A DNA stretch of 64,000 bases from NCBI GenBank assembly GCA_964291395.2, contig OZ219856.1:2336001-2400000 (forward strand), read 5' to 3'. Positions 8,601 to 19,104 of this stretch are shown one piece after another. The position numbers were made by a program, and so were the translations under genes. How positions within the stretch are numbered: the stretch's first letter is position 1; each line of letters starts with the position of its first letter. The stretch is from Alphaproteobacteria bacterium. GTDB lineage: Bacteria > Pseudomonadota > Alphaproteobacteria > UBA2966. Under the pieces are notes generated by a model, which saw only the letters and a program-made list of their open reading frames with translations, made no database searches and had not been told where the DNA came from.

Positions 8601-9659
8601 TCAGTTGGCGAGGACGGCCTCGTCTTCGGCGTCGATCTCGGCTTCGGCCCGTTTCACGGCCTCCTGGATCATCTTGTAGTAGCGATCGCCGTACTTGGCG
8701 ACGAACCAGTCGGCAACGGCCTTCTGACCCGGCAGGAAGGTCTTCTTTTCCTCGGCGGTAGGAATGTGAATCTTGCCGCCGATATCGTCCCACTTCTTCC
8801 ACTTCGGCAGCATCGCGGCATCGATGTAGCCATCGCACGTGACCTTCATCGCGCTGAATCCGTCGAGGACGATCTTCTGCAGATCGGGCGGCAAACTCTT
8901 GATCCATGGGTCATGCGTATACCAGAAGAAGAAAGTGAACGTGTGCTTGTCCAACACGGCATACTTTATGAAGTCGGTGAAGCTCATGTCGAGGACGTCG
9001 CTGACCGAGTTCTTGGTGCCATGGACGATGCCGGTGGCAAGAGAGGTGTAAAGCTCCTGCCAAGGGATCGGGGTCGGAGCGGCGCCGAGCGCCCGCGCCA
9101 GTTCCATCGAAATTGGCGACTCGATCGTCCGTACCTTCACGCCCTCGAGATCGGAAGCGACCTTAACATCGCGATTGGTGATGAAGCTGCGCCAGCCATG
9201 GTCACCCGTGATGCCGACCAGACGTACGGTCTTCGTCGCGTCGAGCAGGTCCTTTCGCAGGGTGGCATTGATGATCGGGTCATCCATGATCTTGTCGACG
9301 ACCCGGTCGCTACGGAACAGATACGGGATATCGAAGGCCTGGATGGGGCCGAAGAGGTTGGAGATGCCGCCGCCCGTCGTGAATGTCATCTCAAGGGTGC
9401 CGAGCTGAACCTGCTCGACGCTGTCGCGGAAGTGGCCGAGCTGCGCGGCCGGATAGTGCTCGACCGCCACGCGTCCGCGCGAGAAGCGCTCGATGTACGA
9501 CTTCATGACCTCGACGCAGACATAGACGGGTTGCTCCGTCGAAGCGACGTGAGACACCTTCATGGTGAATTCGGCGGCTTGTGCCGTGCCGGCCAACAAC
9601 GCCCCCGCAACACCGGCGGCCAGTACCCCGCCGAGTCCGTGCTTGTATCGCAATCTCAT
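8601..9659 (-). CDS. TRAP transporter substrate-binding protein (DctP family), stand-alone
   Basis: Signal peptide; YPAAQLG, DIPYLF, DLEGVKVRT, ALGAAPTPIPWQELYTSLATGIVHG. Confidence 0.9.
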   Translation of the reverse strand: MRLRYKHGLGGVLAAGVAGALLAGTAQAAEFTMKVSHVASTEQPVYVCVEVMKSYIERFSRGRVAVEHYPAAQLGHFRDSVEQVQLGTLEMTFTTGGGISNLFGPIQAFDIPYLFRSDRVVDKIMDDPIINATLRKDLLDATKTVRLVGITGDHGWRSFITNRDVKVASDLEGVKVRTIESPISMELARALGAAPTPIPWQELYTSLATGIVHGTKNSVSDVLDMSFTDFIKYAVLDKHTFTFFFWYTHDPWIKSLPPDLQKIVLDGFSAMKVTCDGYIDAAMLPKWKKWDDIGGKIHIPTAEEKKTFLPGQKAVADWFVAKYGDRYYKMIQEAVKRAEAEIDAEDEAVLAN

Positions 9660-9777
9660 CAGGATCCTCCCAAACTCTGTTGTTTTAGACAGCTTTTCAA
9701 GCGTTCAGATGAAGCTATTTCACGGCGACAACACCAAACTGTCAACGGCGGCGCATCAAGATGGTCAGGACTCGGCC

Positions 9778-9805
9778 TTGACTTGCGATCCCCCGTCGCT
9801 AGAGT
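9778..9805 (+). promoter_or_regulatory. Probable sigma70 promoter of rpmG
   Basis: TTGACT-N16-TAGAGT ending 45 nt upstream of ATG 9851. Confidence 0.45.
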
Positions 9806-9850
9806 CCCGGCCACGGATTCCACGAACGGCACGACACAGGAACCGCCCCC

Positions 9851-10018
9851 ATGGCAAAACCCACCACTCTCAAGGTCAAGCTCGTCAGCACGGCGGACAC
9901 GGGCTATTACTATGTGACCAAGAAGAATCCCCGGACGAAGACCGAGAAGTTGTCGATGAAGAAATACGATCCGGTCGTGCGCAGGCATGTCGAATTCAAG
10001 GAATCGAGAATCAAATAG
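9851..10018 (+). CDS. rpmG: 50S ribosomal protein L33
   Basis: [55 protein letters not shown] (55 aa; below the ORF-track cutoff). Confidence 0.97.
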   Translation: MAKPTTLKVKLVSTADTGYYYVTKKNPRTKTEKLSMKKYDPVVRRHVEFKESRIK

Positions 10019-10041
10019 CCGGTACGCCCACGAGGCAGCGG

Positions 10042-10072
10042 GGCCGCGCGGCGATCGTGCGGCCTTTGTTTT
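10042..10072 (+). terminator. Rho-independent terminator of rpmG
   Basis: GGCCGCGCG-GCGAT-CGTGCGGCC followed by TTTGTTTT. Confidence 0.7.
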
Positions 10073-10184
10073 GCGTGTCCACCAGGCAGGTATCGGCGTC
10101 CGGTGCGCGCTGGCCGGCGGTACCGCGCAAGATGCTCTCTGAGGCAAGCCCCCGGAGCCACACCGAACAGCAGGGAACAGACCC

Positions 10185-11687
10185 ATGTCAGCAGCAGAAA
10201 CCCTCGACGATTGGCGACAAGCCGCCGGTGGACTCGATATCCGCAACAAGGCCTTCATCAACGGGGAATTCGTCGACGCCGCCTCGGGCGCGACATACGC
10301 CAGCATCAACCCGGCGGACGGCTCGGAGATCGCCTCCATCGCGTCATGCGACGAGGAAGACGTCGATCGCGCGGTGAAAGCCGCCCGCGAAGCGTTCGAG
10401 TCCGGTGTCTGGTCGCAGATGGCGCCGGCACGCCGCAAGCGCGTGCTGCAGAAGTTTGCCCGGACAATACGCGACAATCGTGAAGAGTTGGCGTTGCTCG
10501 AAACCCTGGACGTGGGCAAGCCGATTCGGGATACCACCAGAATCGACATTCCGGCGTCGGCCGCGAGCATCGATTGGTTTGCCGAGCTCGTCGACAAGGT
10601 TTATGACGAGATCGCCCCCTCCGATCCGGCATTCCTCGGCATGATCACGCGCGAGCCGCTCGGCGTCGTCGGTATCATCGTGCCATGGAACTTTCCCCTG
10701 CTCATGGCGTCCTGGAAGCTCGGTCCGGCCCTGGCGGCCGGAAACAGCGTCATCCTGAAGCCGGCGTCCGTTTCATCCCTGACGGCGCTCCGGGTGGCCG
10801 AACTCGCGGCGGAAGCGGGCATCCCGGATGGCGTGTTCAATGTCGTCACCGGCAGCGGCACCAAGGTGGGCATGGCCATGGGCCTGCACATGGACATCGA
10901 CGGCATCGGTTTCACGGGCTCCACCGAAGTCGGCAAGCAGCTCATGCAGTATGCCGGACAGTCCAACCTCAAGCGCCTCGGCCTCGAGCTCGGGGGCAAA
11001 TCGCCCAACATCGTGCTCGCCGATTCGCCCGATCTCGACTATGCCGCCAAAGCGGCTTGCTTCGGGATCTTTTTCAACCAGGGAGAGATCTGCAATGCCG
11101 GGTCCCGGCTGCTCGTCCAGGACTCGATCAAGGACGAGTTCATGGAACTCGTCACCAAGAACGCTACACGCCACGTACCGGGCGAGCCATTGGACCCCGG
11201 CACGCGCATGGGCGCGATCGTGGACCAGAGCCAGATGGACAAGGTGCTCTACTACATCGACGAGGGACGGAGCGCCGGCGCGAACCTCCTCTACGGAGGC
11301 AGCCGGGTGCGCGAAGACACCGGCGGCTACTACGTCGAGCCGACGATTTTCGACCGCGTGAGCAACGACATGAGGATCGCCCAGGAGGAGATCTTCGGGC
11401 CGGTCCTTTCGGTGATCACCTTCAAGGACGTGGACGAGGCGGTCTCCATCGCCAACGACACGATCTACGGCCTCGCCTCGGCGGTCTGGACCAGCAACCT
11501 CGCGACCGCGCACAAGACGGCTCGGACCATCAAGGCCGGTACCGTGTGGATCAACAATTACGACCAGGCCGACATGACCGTACCCTTCGGCGGATACAAA
11601 CAATCCGGATTCGGGCGCGACAAGTCGATCCACGCGCTCGACAAGTTCACGCAATTGAAGACGACCTGGATCAACCTGGCGGTGTAG
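10185..11687 (+). CDS. Aldehyde dehydrogenase (PuuC/AldH-like)
   Basis: PWNFP, FTGSTEVG, LELGGKSP, FFNQGEICNAG, EEIFGPV, PFGGYKQSG. Confidence 0.93.
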   Translation: MSAAETLDDWRQAAGGLDIRNKAFINGEFVDAASGATYASINPADGSEIASIASCDEEDVDRAVKAAREAFESGVWSQMAPARRKRVLQKFARTIRDNREELALLETLDVGKPIRDTTRIDIPASAASIDWFAELVDKVYDEIAPSDPAFLGMITREPLGVVGIIVPWNFPLLMASWKLGPALAAGNSVILKPASVSSLTALRVAELAAEAGIPDGVFNVVTGSGTKVGMAMGLHMDIDGIGFTGSTEVGKQLMQYAGQSNLKRLGLELGGKSPNIVLADSPDLDYAAKAACFGIFFNQGEICNAGSRLLVQDSIKDEFMELVTKNATRHVPGEPLDPGTRMGAIVDQSQMDKVLYYIDEGRSAGANLLYGGSRVREDTGGYYVEPTIFDRVSNDMRIAQEEIFGPVLSVITFKDVDEAVSIANDTIYGLASAVWTSNLATAHKTARTIKAGTVWINNYDQADMTVPFGGYKQSGFGRDKSIHALDKFTQLKTTWINLAV

Positions 11688-11705
11688 AGCTCCCTTCAGT
11701 CCTCC

Positions 11706-13073
11706 TCAGACCGTAACGACCCGGTTGCGGCCCCGATCCTTTGCCGCGTAGAGCGCTTCGTCTGCACGCCTCAGCAGGCCGTCGGCGTCGATACCGGTGC
11801 CCCGGTAGACCGTTCCGCCGATGCTGACGGTGACCGTGATTCTCCCCTCCTCCGTGCTCACCTCGAACGGCTTCTCGGACACGTTCCGGCGCAGCCGCTC
11901 GGCCACCACCCTGGCCGCTTCCAGGTCCGTCTCCGGCAGCACCACGACAAACTCTTCGCCGCCATATCGAACGGCCAAGTCGATGCCGCGAACGTTGCGC
12001 TTGATCCGCCCGGCGAATTCCCTGAGCACCTCATCACCGACCGCGTGCCCATATGAATCGTTGACGTCCTTGAAACGATCGATGTCCATGATGAGGAGCG
12101 CCACCGGCCGGCCGCTTTCACGCCCCCGCTCCATCAGGGTATCGAGGTGACTCACCATGTATCGCCGGTTGTGGAGTCCCGTCAGGCAGTCGGTTACGGC
12201 CAAGGCCAAACCGGCCTCGTAGTTCGCACGGAGTCTGTCCTGGTACATCTTGCGGCGAATCTGCGTGCGAACCCGCACCATCATCTCCTCGGTGTTCACC
12301 GGCTTTTTCAGATAGGCGCCGACGCCGATGTCCAGCGCCCGAACCAGCATGTCCGGAGATCCCGTCTCGATCATCACGAGGATCGGGGTCTGGCGCGTTT
12401 CCGACACGGCGCGGAAGTGGGAACAGAGGCGCAAACCGTCGCTCCTCTCCATCATCAGGCTCACGATGATCAGGTCAAAGCCGCCATCGCGTGCGACCGC
12501 CATCGCGCGATCCGGGTCGCGCTCCGCCGTTACCTGGTAAGCGGACGCCAATGCCAACGAAATCTCGCCGGCATCGCCCTCCGCGTCGTCGATCAAGAGG
12601 ATACGCCCGCCCGGGACGTCCGGATCGACCGCGTCCTCGCCGGTGTCCATGACACCAAGCCGCCTGCTGGTCCGCTCCCGCCTTCGGAATTCGTCCATCA
12701 TCAGTTTGGATCGCACCAGCGAGCGGATGCACGCCAATACGACAGCGTCCTCCAACGGCTTCTCCAGATAATCGTCGGCACCCGCCTGCAGCCCGCGCAC
12801 CAAGTCCTCCGGCCCGGTCTCGTCGGACAGCATCACGACGGGCACGTGGAGCGAGTCCGGGTCTTTCCGCATGCGCGCACAGGCCTCATACCCGTCGGTG
12901 CCCGGACTCGTCACGTCCAGGAGAACGATATCGGGCGGTTCGGATTTCATACGCTCGAGCGCCTGCCCGCCGTCGCTCGCCGTGGAAACCTCGAAGTATT
13001 CCGCGGAAAGCCGCGCCTCAAGTGCCGCGAGCGCGGCCTGGTCGCCGTCGACGATGAGAACGCGTGCCGGCAT
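11706..13073 (-). CDS. pleD: Response-regulator diguanylate cyclase PleD (REC-REC-GGDEF)
   Basis: LEARLSAEYFEV, DIVLLD, GADDYL, RGID I-site, YGGEEF; start at ATG 13073. Confidence 0.9.
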   Translation of the reverse strand: MPARVLIVDGDQAALAALEARLSAEYFEVSTASDGGQALERMKSEPPDIVLLDVTSPGTDGYEACARMRKDPDSLHVPVVMLSDETGPEDLVRGLQAGADDYLEKPLEDAVVLACIRSLVRSKLMMDEFRRRERTSRRLGVMDTGEDAVDPDVPGGRILLIDDAEGDAGEISLALASAYQVTAERDPDRAMAVARDGGFDLIIVSLMMERSDGLRLCSHFRAVSETRQTPILVMIETGSPDMLVRALDIGVGAYLKKPVNTEEMMVRVRTQIRRKMYQDRLRANYEAGLALAVTDCLTGLHNRRYMVSHLDTLMERGRESGRPVALLIMDIDRFKDVNDSYGHAVGDEVLREFAGRIKRNVRGIDLAVRYGGEEFVVVLPETDLEAARVVAERLRRNVSEKPFEVSTEEGRITVTVSIGGTVYRGTGIDADGLLRRADEALYAAKDRGRNRVVTV

Positions 13074-13423
13074 GGTTCGAGTTCCGACGCCGGAAGCTAC
13101 GGGGCACGGCCGGACGGCGGGAACGTCCCGGGCAAGCACGACCGGGGACCGCAACCGAAGGTTCGCGCTTGGTCGGACGTCGCCACGGTCAGGATCCAAA
13201 CCCCTCGTCGCGTTGCACGGACGCCGACGACCAGCCTTCGTCCCGCCCACGTTCTATGTGACGACCGCGCGACCACGGCGCCAAGCCTCGACACAGCCCT
13301 CTTCCCTAACACCTTGCTCCCGCGAGGCCAAGGCGCTTGCCTGGCACCGACACATCGGGCAAAAAGCGCTGTCCATCAAATCCTTCCGAACTCGTCCCGC
13401 CAACGGACTCGAGGCTGATTCGA

Positions 13424-13690
13424 ATGGATGGTGCCGCGGCAGAAACCATCGCCCTGCAAGCCTTGGCATTTCTGGTGTCCGAGGAAGCGGCGCTGCGCGG
13501 TTTCATGTCCCAATCGGGCACCACGGCCGCCGACCTGCGTGCCGGAGCCGAAGACCCTCAATTCCTTGCCGGCGTGCTTGATTTCCTCCTCGCACAGGAC
13601 GAACGCCTATTGGCTTTCTGCGGCCGGGCCGACGTGACGCCCGTACAGACCCGACACGCCCGAGCCGCGCTGGGCGATGCGCCGGCCTGA
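13424..13690 (+). CDS. DUF3572 family protein
   Basis: AETIALQALAFL...LRAGAEDPQFLAGVLDFLL; divergent from pleD as in other alphaproteobacteria. Confidence 0.85.
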   Translation: MDGAAAETIALQALAFLVSEEAALRGFMSQSGTTAADLRAGAEDPQFLAGVLDFLLAQDERLLAFCGRADVTPVQTRHARAALGDAPA

Positions 13691-13708
13691 TCCGACCGGC
13701 GCCGGAAT

Positions 13709-14380
13709 ATGTCTGAAGACCTCTCTGCCGAGATTATCGAACAGATCGATTCCGTGATCCTCGAGGCATCGCGCCCGTTGATCATCTGCGACGCCGACGG
13801 CGTTCTCGTCGAATTCATGACGGCCTTCGAGGCATACCTCGAATACCGGGGCTGCTACTTCGACTGGGCGTCTTTCCGACTCGTGGGAAACGTGCGGCGG
13901 CGGGCCGACGACGAACCGATCGATGCCGGCGAGGTCAGGACGATACTGGACGACTTCTACAAGGAAAAAACCGAAGACCTCGAACCCTTGCCCGGCGCCG
14001 CCACGGCGTTGAGCGCCATGTCCGACCGCGCTCAGATCGTCGTCCTTTCGAACATTCCGCCGCACGCCCGCGAAGGACGCGCCCGGTGCCTGGAACGACA
14101 TGGCATGGACTATCCCGTCATCACCAACGCGGGCGGCAAGGGACCGGCCGTCCGGCGCCTGAGCGCCCGGGCCGACGCGCCCACCGTGTTCATCGACGAC
14201 ATCCCCCGCAACCACACCTCCGTCGCCCGGGCCGCAGATCACGTCACTCGCATCCATTTCGTGGCGGACCGTCGGCTGGCGGAACTCTTCGGGCCTTCCG
14301 AAGACAGTCACCATCAGGCCGCCGATTGGACCGAGGCGCACGCCATCATCGAACGCTGTTTCGCCGATCGGGGCTTCTGA
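13709..14380 (+). CDS. HAD-superfamily protein (conserved hypothetical)
   Basis: LIICDADGVL (DxDG), VVLSN, KGPAV, VFIDD. Confidence 0.8.
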   Translation: MSEDLSAEIIEQIDSVILEASRPLIICDADGVLVEFMTAFEAYLEYRGCYFDWASFRLVGNVRRRADDEPIDAGEVRTILDDFYKEKTEDLEPLPGAATALSAMSDRAQIVVLSNIPPHAREGRARCLERHGMDYPVITNAGGKGPAVRRLSARADAPTVFIDDIPRNHTSVARAADHVTRIHFVADRRLAELFGPSEDSHHQAADWTEAHAIIERCFADRGF

Positions 14381-15327
14381 TGGCCACAGACCCTTCCACC
14401 GACCCGAAGCGCGAAGCATCAGGTCCGCGAATTGGGGTCGACGTGGGCGGCACGAAAATCGAAGCCGTCGCGTTGTCGTCGAGCGGCGACGAGCGCGCCC
14501 GCATCCGCATCGCCACGCCCCAAACCGACTACGACGGGACGGTGAGAGCGATCTCCGATCTCGTGAGCGAACTGGAACGGCGCGTGGGAGTCCGGGGCAC
14601 CGTCGGCGTGGGAATTCCCGGCATCGTGTCACCGGCCACCGGACTGGTGAAGAATGCGAACGCTACGTGGCTGATCGGAAAGCCCTTGGACAGGGACTTG
14701 GCCGTGGCCCTCGCTCGTCCCGTCCGCGTCGCCAACGATGCCAACTGTTTCGCCCTGTCGGAGGCCCTCGACGGCGCCGGCCGTAATGCCCGGGTGGTCT
14801 TCGGCGTGATCATCGGCACCGGCACCGGCGGGGGCATCGTCATCGACGGCAAGGTCCTGACCGGACCGAACGCGATCGCGGGAGAATGGGGTCACAACCC
14901 TCTGCCGTGGCCCGACCCGGACGAAACGCCGGGGCCCCTTTGCTATTGCGGCAAACGCGGCTGCATCGAGACCTTCCTTTCGGGACCAGGATTGGCCCAC
15001 GACCATACCGGGAACGGCGGCCCGGAATCGACCGCGGAAGAGATCGCGTCCCGCGCGCTGGCCGGTGACGAAACGGCGAGGGCGACGCTCGCCCGCTACG
15101 AGCGGAGGCTGGCCAAATCCCTTGCATCCGTAATCAACGTCGTGGATCCGGACGTCATCGTTCTCGGCGGCGGCTGCTCGAACATCGAGCGTCTGTACGA
15201 GAACGTGCCCCGCCTTTGGAAGGCATACGCATTCTCAGACGAAATCACGACGGGGCTGCAGCCGAACGTTCACGGTGACTCCAGCGGCGTGCGGGGCGCC
15301 GCCTGGCTGTGGCCACCCTCCCGATGA
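14380..15327 (+). CDS. ROK family sugar kinase (fructokinase, Mak-like)
   Basis: GVDVGGTK, ANDANCFALSE, GEWGH, CYCGKRGCIE; ATG overlaps the upstream stop. Confidence 0.9.
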   Translation: MATDPSTDPKREASGPRIGVDVGGTKIEAVALSSSGDERARIRIATPQTDYDGTVRAISDLVSELERRVGVRGTVGVGIPGIVSPATGLVKNANATWLIGKPLDRDLAVALARPVRVANDANCFALSEALDGAGRNARVVFGVIIGTGTGGGIVIDGKVLTGPNAIAGEWGHNPLPWPDPDETPGPLCYCGKRGCIETFLSGPGLAHDHTGNGGPESTAEEIASRALAGDETARATLARYERRLAKSLASVINVVDPDVIVLGGGCSNIERLYENVPRLWKAYAFSDEITTGLQPNVHGDSSGVRGAAWLWPPSR

Positions 15328-15380
15328 GACCAGGCGAGGCCGAGAACCCGGATCCGAACTCGAATCGATCGAAACGGCCG

Positions 15381-16217
15381 TCAGCAGCCGGAACGGGGAA
15401 GCGCCTCGAAGTGCGCGATCTTCGAACCAACGACGAAATCGCCGTAGTCAAAGACGAGCTGATCGGCCACGCCGTTCGCGAACAACCTGAACCCGACCTC
15501 GTACTCCGGCAGTCCGGACGTGTCTCCGACCTTGAAATAGGCCATCCGCATGTTCCAGGCTTCCTGATCGTCCAGCCCGGCGAACCCGGCGGCGGTCCGG
15601 CCGACCGGAGTGTGGCTCGTGACGAACGCGACCACATCGAACAGCCCTTCTTCGCCCGTCCCGTCGAAGACCCGCGCTTCGATGCGCTTGGCCCCCTTCT
15701 TCGCTTCGCGCGTCAGAATGCTGGCGTGCTCCGAAGGAAACACGGTGCCCGCAGGCAGTGGGATGGTCGCGGCGGCAGGAACCTTCATGCGAACGATACC
15801 CTTCTGCCGGACGCCGTCCCGCTCCGCCAGCCCGCCGAATTCCTCCACCAGATCACCACCGACGATATTGCGAATCCTGAACCGGAACGTGTTGCCGTCC
15901 TTGGACTCCCAGGAGGCAATCGCGAAATCGCTGTCGATCAGCCGCCCTTCGGCCCGTTCGATCCGCATGCGGATCTGCTGGGTGGTCGTGTAGCCCTCGC
16001 AGGCATCGGCCCATTCCAGCACCATGCGCCCCGAAACGCCGGTAATTCCGCTGTTCGATCGGGCGGTTTCCAGGGCCAGATCGTAAACGGCACGATGGGG
16101 CAGCGGATCGAGACCAGCGGCCGAACGAACGTCCTGGATCGGCGCGAGAACGGCTGCGGCGGCGACCGCCGCCGCGATCGTCATCCGGCGCGGCGCACAC
16201 GAACTTTTGATCCCCAT
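15381..16217 (-). CDS. eipB: Cell envelope integrity protein EipB (DUF1849)
   Basis: Signal peptide; PHRAVYDL, ACEGYT, WESKDG, TVFPSEH, VFDG, NGVAD, C-terminal Cys. Confidence 0.8.
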   Translation of the reverse strand: MGIKSSCAPRRMTIAAAVAAAAVLAPIQDVRSAAGLDPLPHRAVYDLALETARSNSGITGVSGRMVLEWADACEGYTTTQQIRMRIERAEGRLIDSDFAIASWESKDGNTFRFRIRNIVGGDLVEEFGGLAERDGVRQKGIVRMKVPAAATIPLPAGTVFPSEHASILTREAKKGAKRIEARVFDGTGEEGLFDVVAFVTSHTPVGRTAAGFAGLDDQEAWNMRMAYFKVGDTSGLPEYEVGFRLFANGVADQLVFDYGDFVVGSKIAHFEALPRSGC

Positions 16218-16297
16218 GGAGACCGCAGTGTATATCACAGGTTCCCGGTGACGCCCTCGAGCAATCCGGGAATCTCTCGGAGCGGCGGGTCGGAACG

Positions 16298-17263
16298 ATG
16301 ACGGACAAACCAAGAATCCTCGTGACACGGAAGCTGCCGGATGCCGTCGAGGCAAGGCTGGCACGGGATTATGACGCGAAGTTCAATGCGGACGACACGA
16401 CATACGACACGGAGAAACTGGTGGAGCTTTCGCAGGACCGCGAGGCCCTGCTGATCTGCGCGACCGACAAAATCCCCTGCGAGGTGATCGAGCGCCTGCC
16501 CGAAGGTCTGAAAGCGATTGCAACGTTCTCGGTGGGATACGAGCACATCGATGTCCCGGCCGCGAACGCCCGAAACATCATCGTCACGAATACGCCCGGA
16601 GTCCTGAACGCGGCGACCGCCGATCTCACGATGATGATCATGCTCGGCGCTGCCCGACGCGCGTCGGAGGGCGAGGCGATGATCCGCGAAGGACGTTGGG
16701 AGGCCTGGAGCCCTACCGGCATGCTGGGAATCGACATATCGGGGAAATCTCTCGGCATCTACGGCATGGGCGGCATCGGGCGCGCCGTCGCGGCCCGCGC
16801 CAAGGGTTTCGACATGGAGGTGCACTATCACAACCGGAACCGGCTCCCGCCGGAACTCGAGAACGGAGCCGAGTTTCACGAGACCCCGGAGTCGCTGCTT
16901 CGGGCGAGCCACGTACTCTCGCTCCATGCCCCGCTCACGCCCGAGACACGGCACTTCCTGACGAGGGAACGGATCGAGCTGCTCCCGGACCGGGCGATCG
17001 TGGTCAACACCGCACGGGGAGACCTGGTCGTCGACGAGGATCTCATCGCCGCCCTGAAGTCGGGGAAGCTGGCCGCCGCCGGGTTGGACGTCTATCCGGG
17101 CGAACCGAACATCCATCCGGAATACCGCCGCCTCTGGAACACCTTCCTGTTACCGCATATGGGAACGTCGACGGTGGAAACCCGCGACGCCATGGGATTC
17201 TGCGCGCTCGACAACCTGGACGCCGTCTTCGCCGGAAGGCCCCCTCCGAACCCCCTGACATAG
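16298..17263 (+). CDS. D-isomer-specific 2-hydroxyacid dehydrogenase (glyoxylate/hydroxypyruvate reductase-like)
   Basis: SVGYEHID, TNTPGVL, GMGGIG, NTARG, GLDV..EP, LPHMG. Confidence 0.92.
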   Translation: MTDKPRILVTRKLPDAVEARLARDYDAKFNADDTTYDTEKLVELSQDREALLICATDKIPCEVIERLPEGLKAIATFSVGYEHIDVPAANARNIIVTNTPGVLNAATADLTMMIMLGAARRASEGEAMIREGRWEAWSPTGMLGIDISGKSLGIYGMGGIGRAVAARAKGFDMEVHYHNRNRLPPELENGAEFHETPESLLRASHVLSLHAPLTPETRHFLTRERIELLPDRAIVVNTARGDLVVDEDLIAALKSGKLAAAGLDVYPGEPNIHPEYRRLWNTFLLPHMGTSTVETRDAMGFCALDNLDAVFAGRPPPNPLT

Positions 17264-17401
17264 CCGTTCGCACACGCGCGGGGCGCGGGGCGCCGCCCGC
17301 TTCGGTCTCGAAGGCATCCCCCTCGTGCCCCACCGGGCTGGCACGCAACCCTGCAGATACTGTAATACGGGAACGCCTCCACAACCGAGGACGGGACACG
17401 C

Positions 17402-18175
17402 ATGGCGAGACTGCGGGGAAAAGTCGCACTCATCACGGGCGGCGCCGGCGGACTGGGTAGCGCAACGGCGCGCCGCTTCGTCGAGGAAGGGTGCCGAGTC
17501 GCCATCGCCGACATCGACGACGACGCGGGCGAGGCCGTCGCGCGCGAACTCGGAGATGAATGCGCATTCGTGCACAACGACCACCTGGACAGCGACAGCA
17601 ATGCGGCGGCGGTCATCTTCGCCGTCGACACGTTCGGGGGGCTGGACATTCTTCTCAACAACGCCGGCGCCCCATACACCGGGAAGATAGAAACCGCGGA
17701 TGACGAAGCCGTGCGGCGTTCGTTCGATTCGAACCTGCTCGGGCCCTTCCGCATGACGAAGGCGGCGGTACCGGCATTGCGGGCACGCGCCAGGGAAACC
17801 GGGAAGTCGGCCTCGATCCTCTATACCGCCTCGGGTCAAGCCATCAACGCCAAACCGGACATCTCCGCCTATACGGCCGCCAAGCATGGGGTTCGCGGCC
17901 TGATGCGCAGCGTGGCGCTGGAACTCGCACCCGACAACATCCGAGTCAATTGCGTATGCCCGGTCGCGACGGACACGCCGTTGTTCCGCGAGATGGCGCG
18001 GGAAATGAGCGACTCCGTGGAGACCACGATCGCCGATTTCGAACGGACGGTCCCCTTGGGACGACTGGCCCGCCCGGTGGACACCGCAAATGCTTTCCTG
18101 TTCCTGGCGTCCGACGAAGCGGAGATGGTTACCGGCGTGGCGCTGCCCGTCGACGGCGGTATATCGGCGTACTAG
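17402..18175 (+). CDS. SDR family oxidoreductase
   Basis: TGGAGGLG, NNAG, YTAAK, VDGG. Confidence 0.9.
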   Translation: MARLRGKVALITGGAGGLGSATARRFVEEGCRVAIADIDDDAGEAVARELGDECAFVHNDHLDSDSNAAAVIFAVDTFGGLDILLNNAGAPYTGKIETADDEAVRRSFDSNLLGPFRMTKAAVPALRARARETGKSASILYTASGQAINAKPDISAYTAAKHGVRGLMRSVALELAPDNIRVNCVCPVATDTPLFREMAREMSDSVETTIADFERTVPLGRLARPVDTANAFLFLASDEAEMVTGVALPVDGGISAY

Positions 18176-18206
18176 CATCGACGGCCGCAAGGAAGGAGCC
18201 AGGCGG

Positions 18207-19022
18207 ATGGCCCGTGGACTGACTGCCGATCAGATCGCGCGCTGCGAGGACGAGGGCTTCGTTTTCCCGATCGCCGTGCTGAGCCCGGACGAGGCCGCGT
18301 ACTACCACGAGCGCTACGATGAGGCGCTGCGAAAAGGCACCGAGCTCGGCAGTGACGTCGTCAACGTCAAGGGTCATCTCGTACTCAAGTGGATGGCGGA
18401 CCTCGCCCGGGATCCGCGTATCCTCGACGCCGTGGAATGCCTTCTCGGACCGAACATCCTGTGCTGGACCACAAACTTTTTCGTCAAACGCCCCGGGGAT
18501 CAAACCTACGTCTCCTGGCACCAGGACGCGACCTACTGGGGATTGAGCGGACCGCAGGTCTACTCCGCGTGGCTGGCGTTTACACCCAGCAACCGTACGA
18601 GCGGCTGCATGCGCGTGATTCCGGGATCACACAGGGAACTGGTGCCCCACGCGGACACATTCGACGAGAAGAACCTTCTGTCACGAGGTCAGCAACTCAC
18701 CGTTGACGTGGACGATAGCCGAGCCGTCGATATCGAGCTGGAGCCGGGCCAAATGTCACTGCACCATGTGCAGATCGTGCACGGCTCCTCGCCCAACACT
18801 TCGCCGCTGCCGAGGATCGGATTCGTCGTGCGCTACATCTCGACCGAGATCGAACAGATGTCGGGATTTCGGGATTCCGCCATGCTGGTCCGGGGAGAGG
18901 ACCACCATGGCCACTTCGATCCGGAAACCGTGCCGGACCGCGACTTCGATCCGGACGCGCTGGCCCGTTTCGAGCGTCTGCGGGAACGGCGCAACCGGAT
19001 CCTGTACCGGGAGGTTTCCTGA
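18207..19022 (+). CDS. Phytanoyl-CoA dioxygenase (PhyH) family Fe(II)/2-oxoglutarate oxygenase
   Basis: WHQD...HGS facial triad, GCMRVIPGSH; GGAG RBS before ATG 18207. Confidence 0.88.
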   Translation: MARGLTADQIARCEDEGFVFPIAVLSPDEAAYYHERYDEALRKGTELGSDVVNVKGHLVLKWMADLARDPRILDAVECLLGPNILCWTTNFFVKRPGDQTYVSWHQDATYWGLSGPQVYSAWLAFTPSNRTSGCMRVIPGSHRELVPHADTFDEKNLLSRGQQLTVDVDDSRAVDIELEPGQMSLHHVQIVHGSSPNTSPLPRIGFVVRYISTEIEQMSGFRDSAMLVRGEDHHGHFDPETVPDRDFDPDALARFERLRERRNRILYREVS

Positions 19023-19104
19023 AGACCGTTCGACGCCTTGCCGCAACGTCTCCGCGCGGTACACTTGAAGCATTCCCAAGACATGCGATCCGGAGGGGCG
19101 CGCG

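Noticed and set aside
17339-17355. sigma54-like TGGCAC...TGC upstream of the SDR
   Set aside because: GG-to-GC spacing is 11 nt instead of the required 10.
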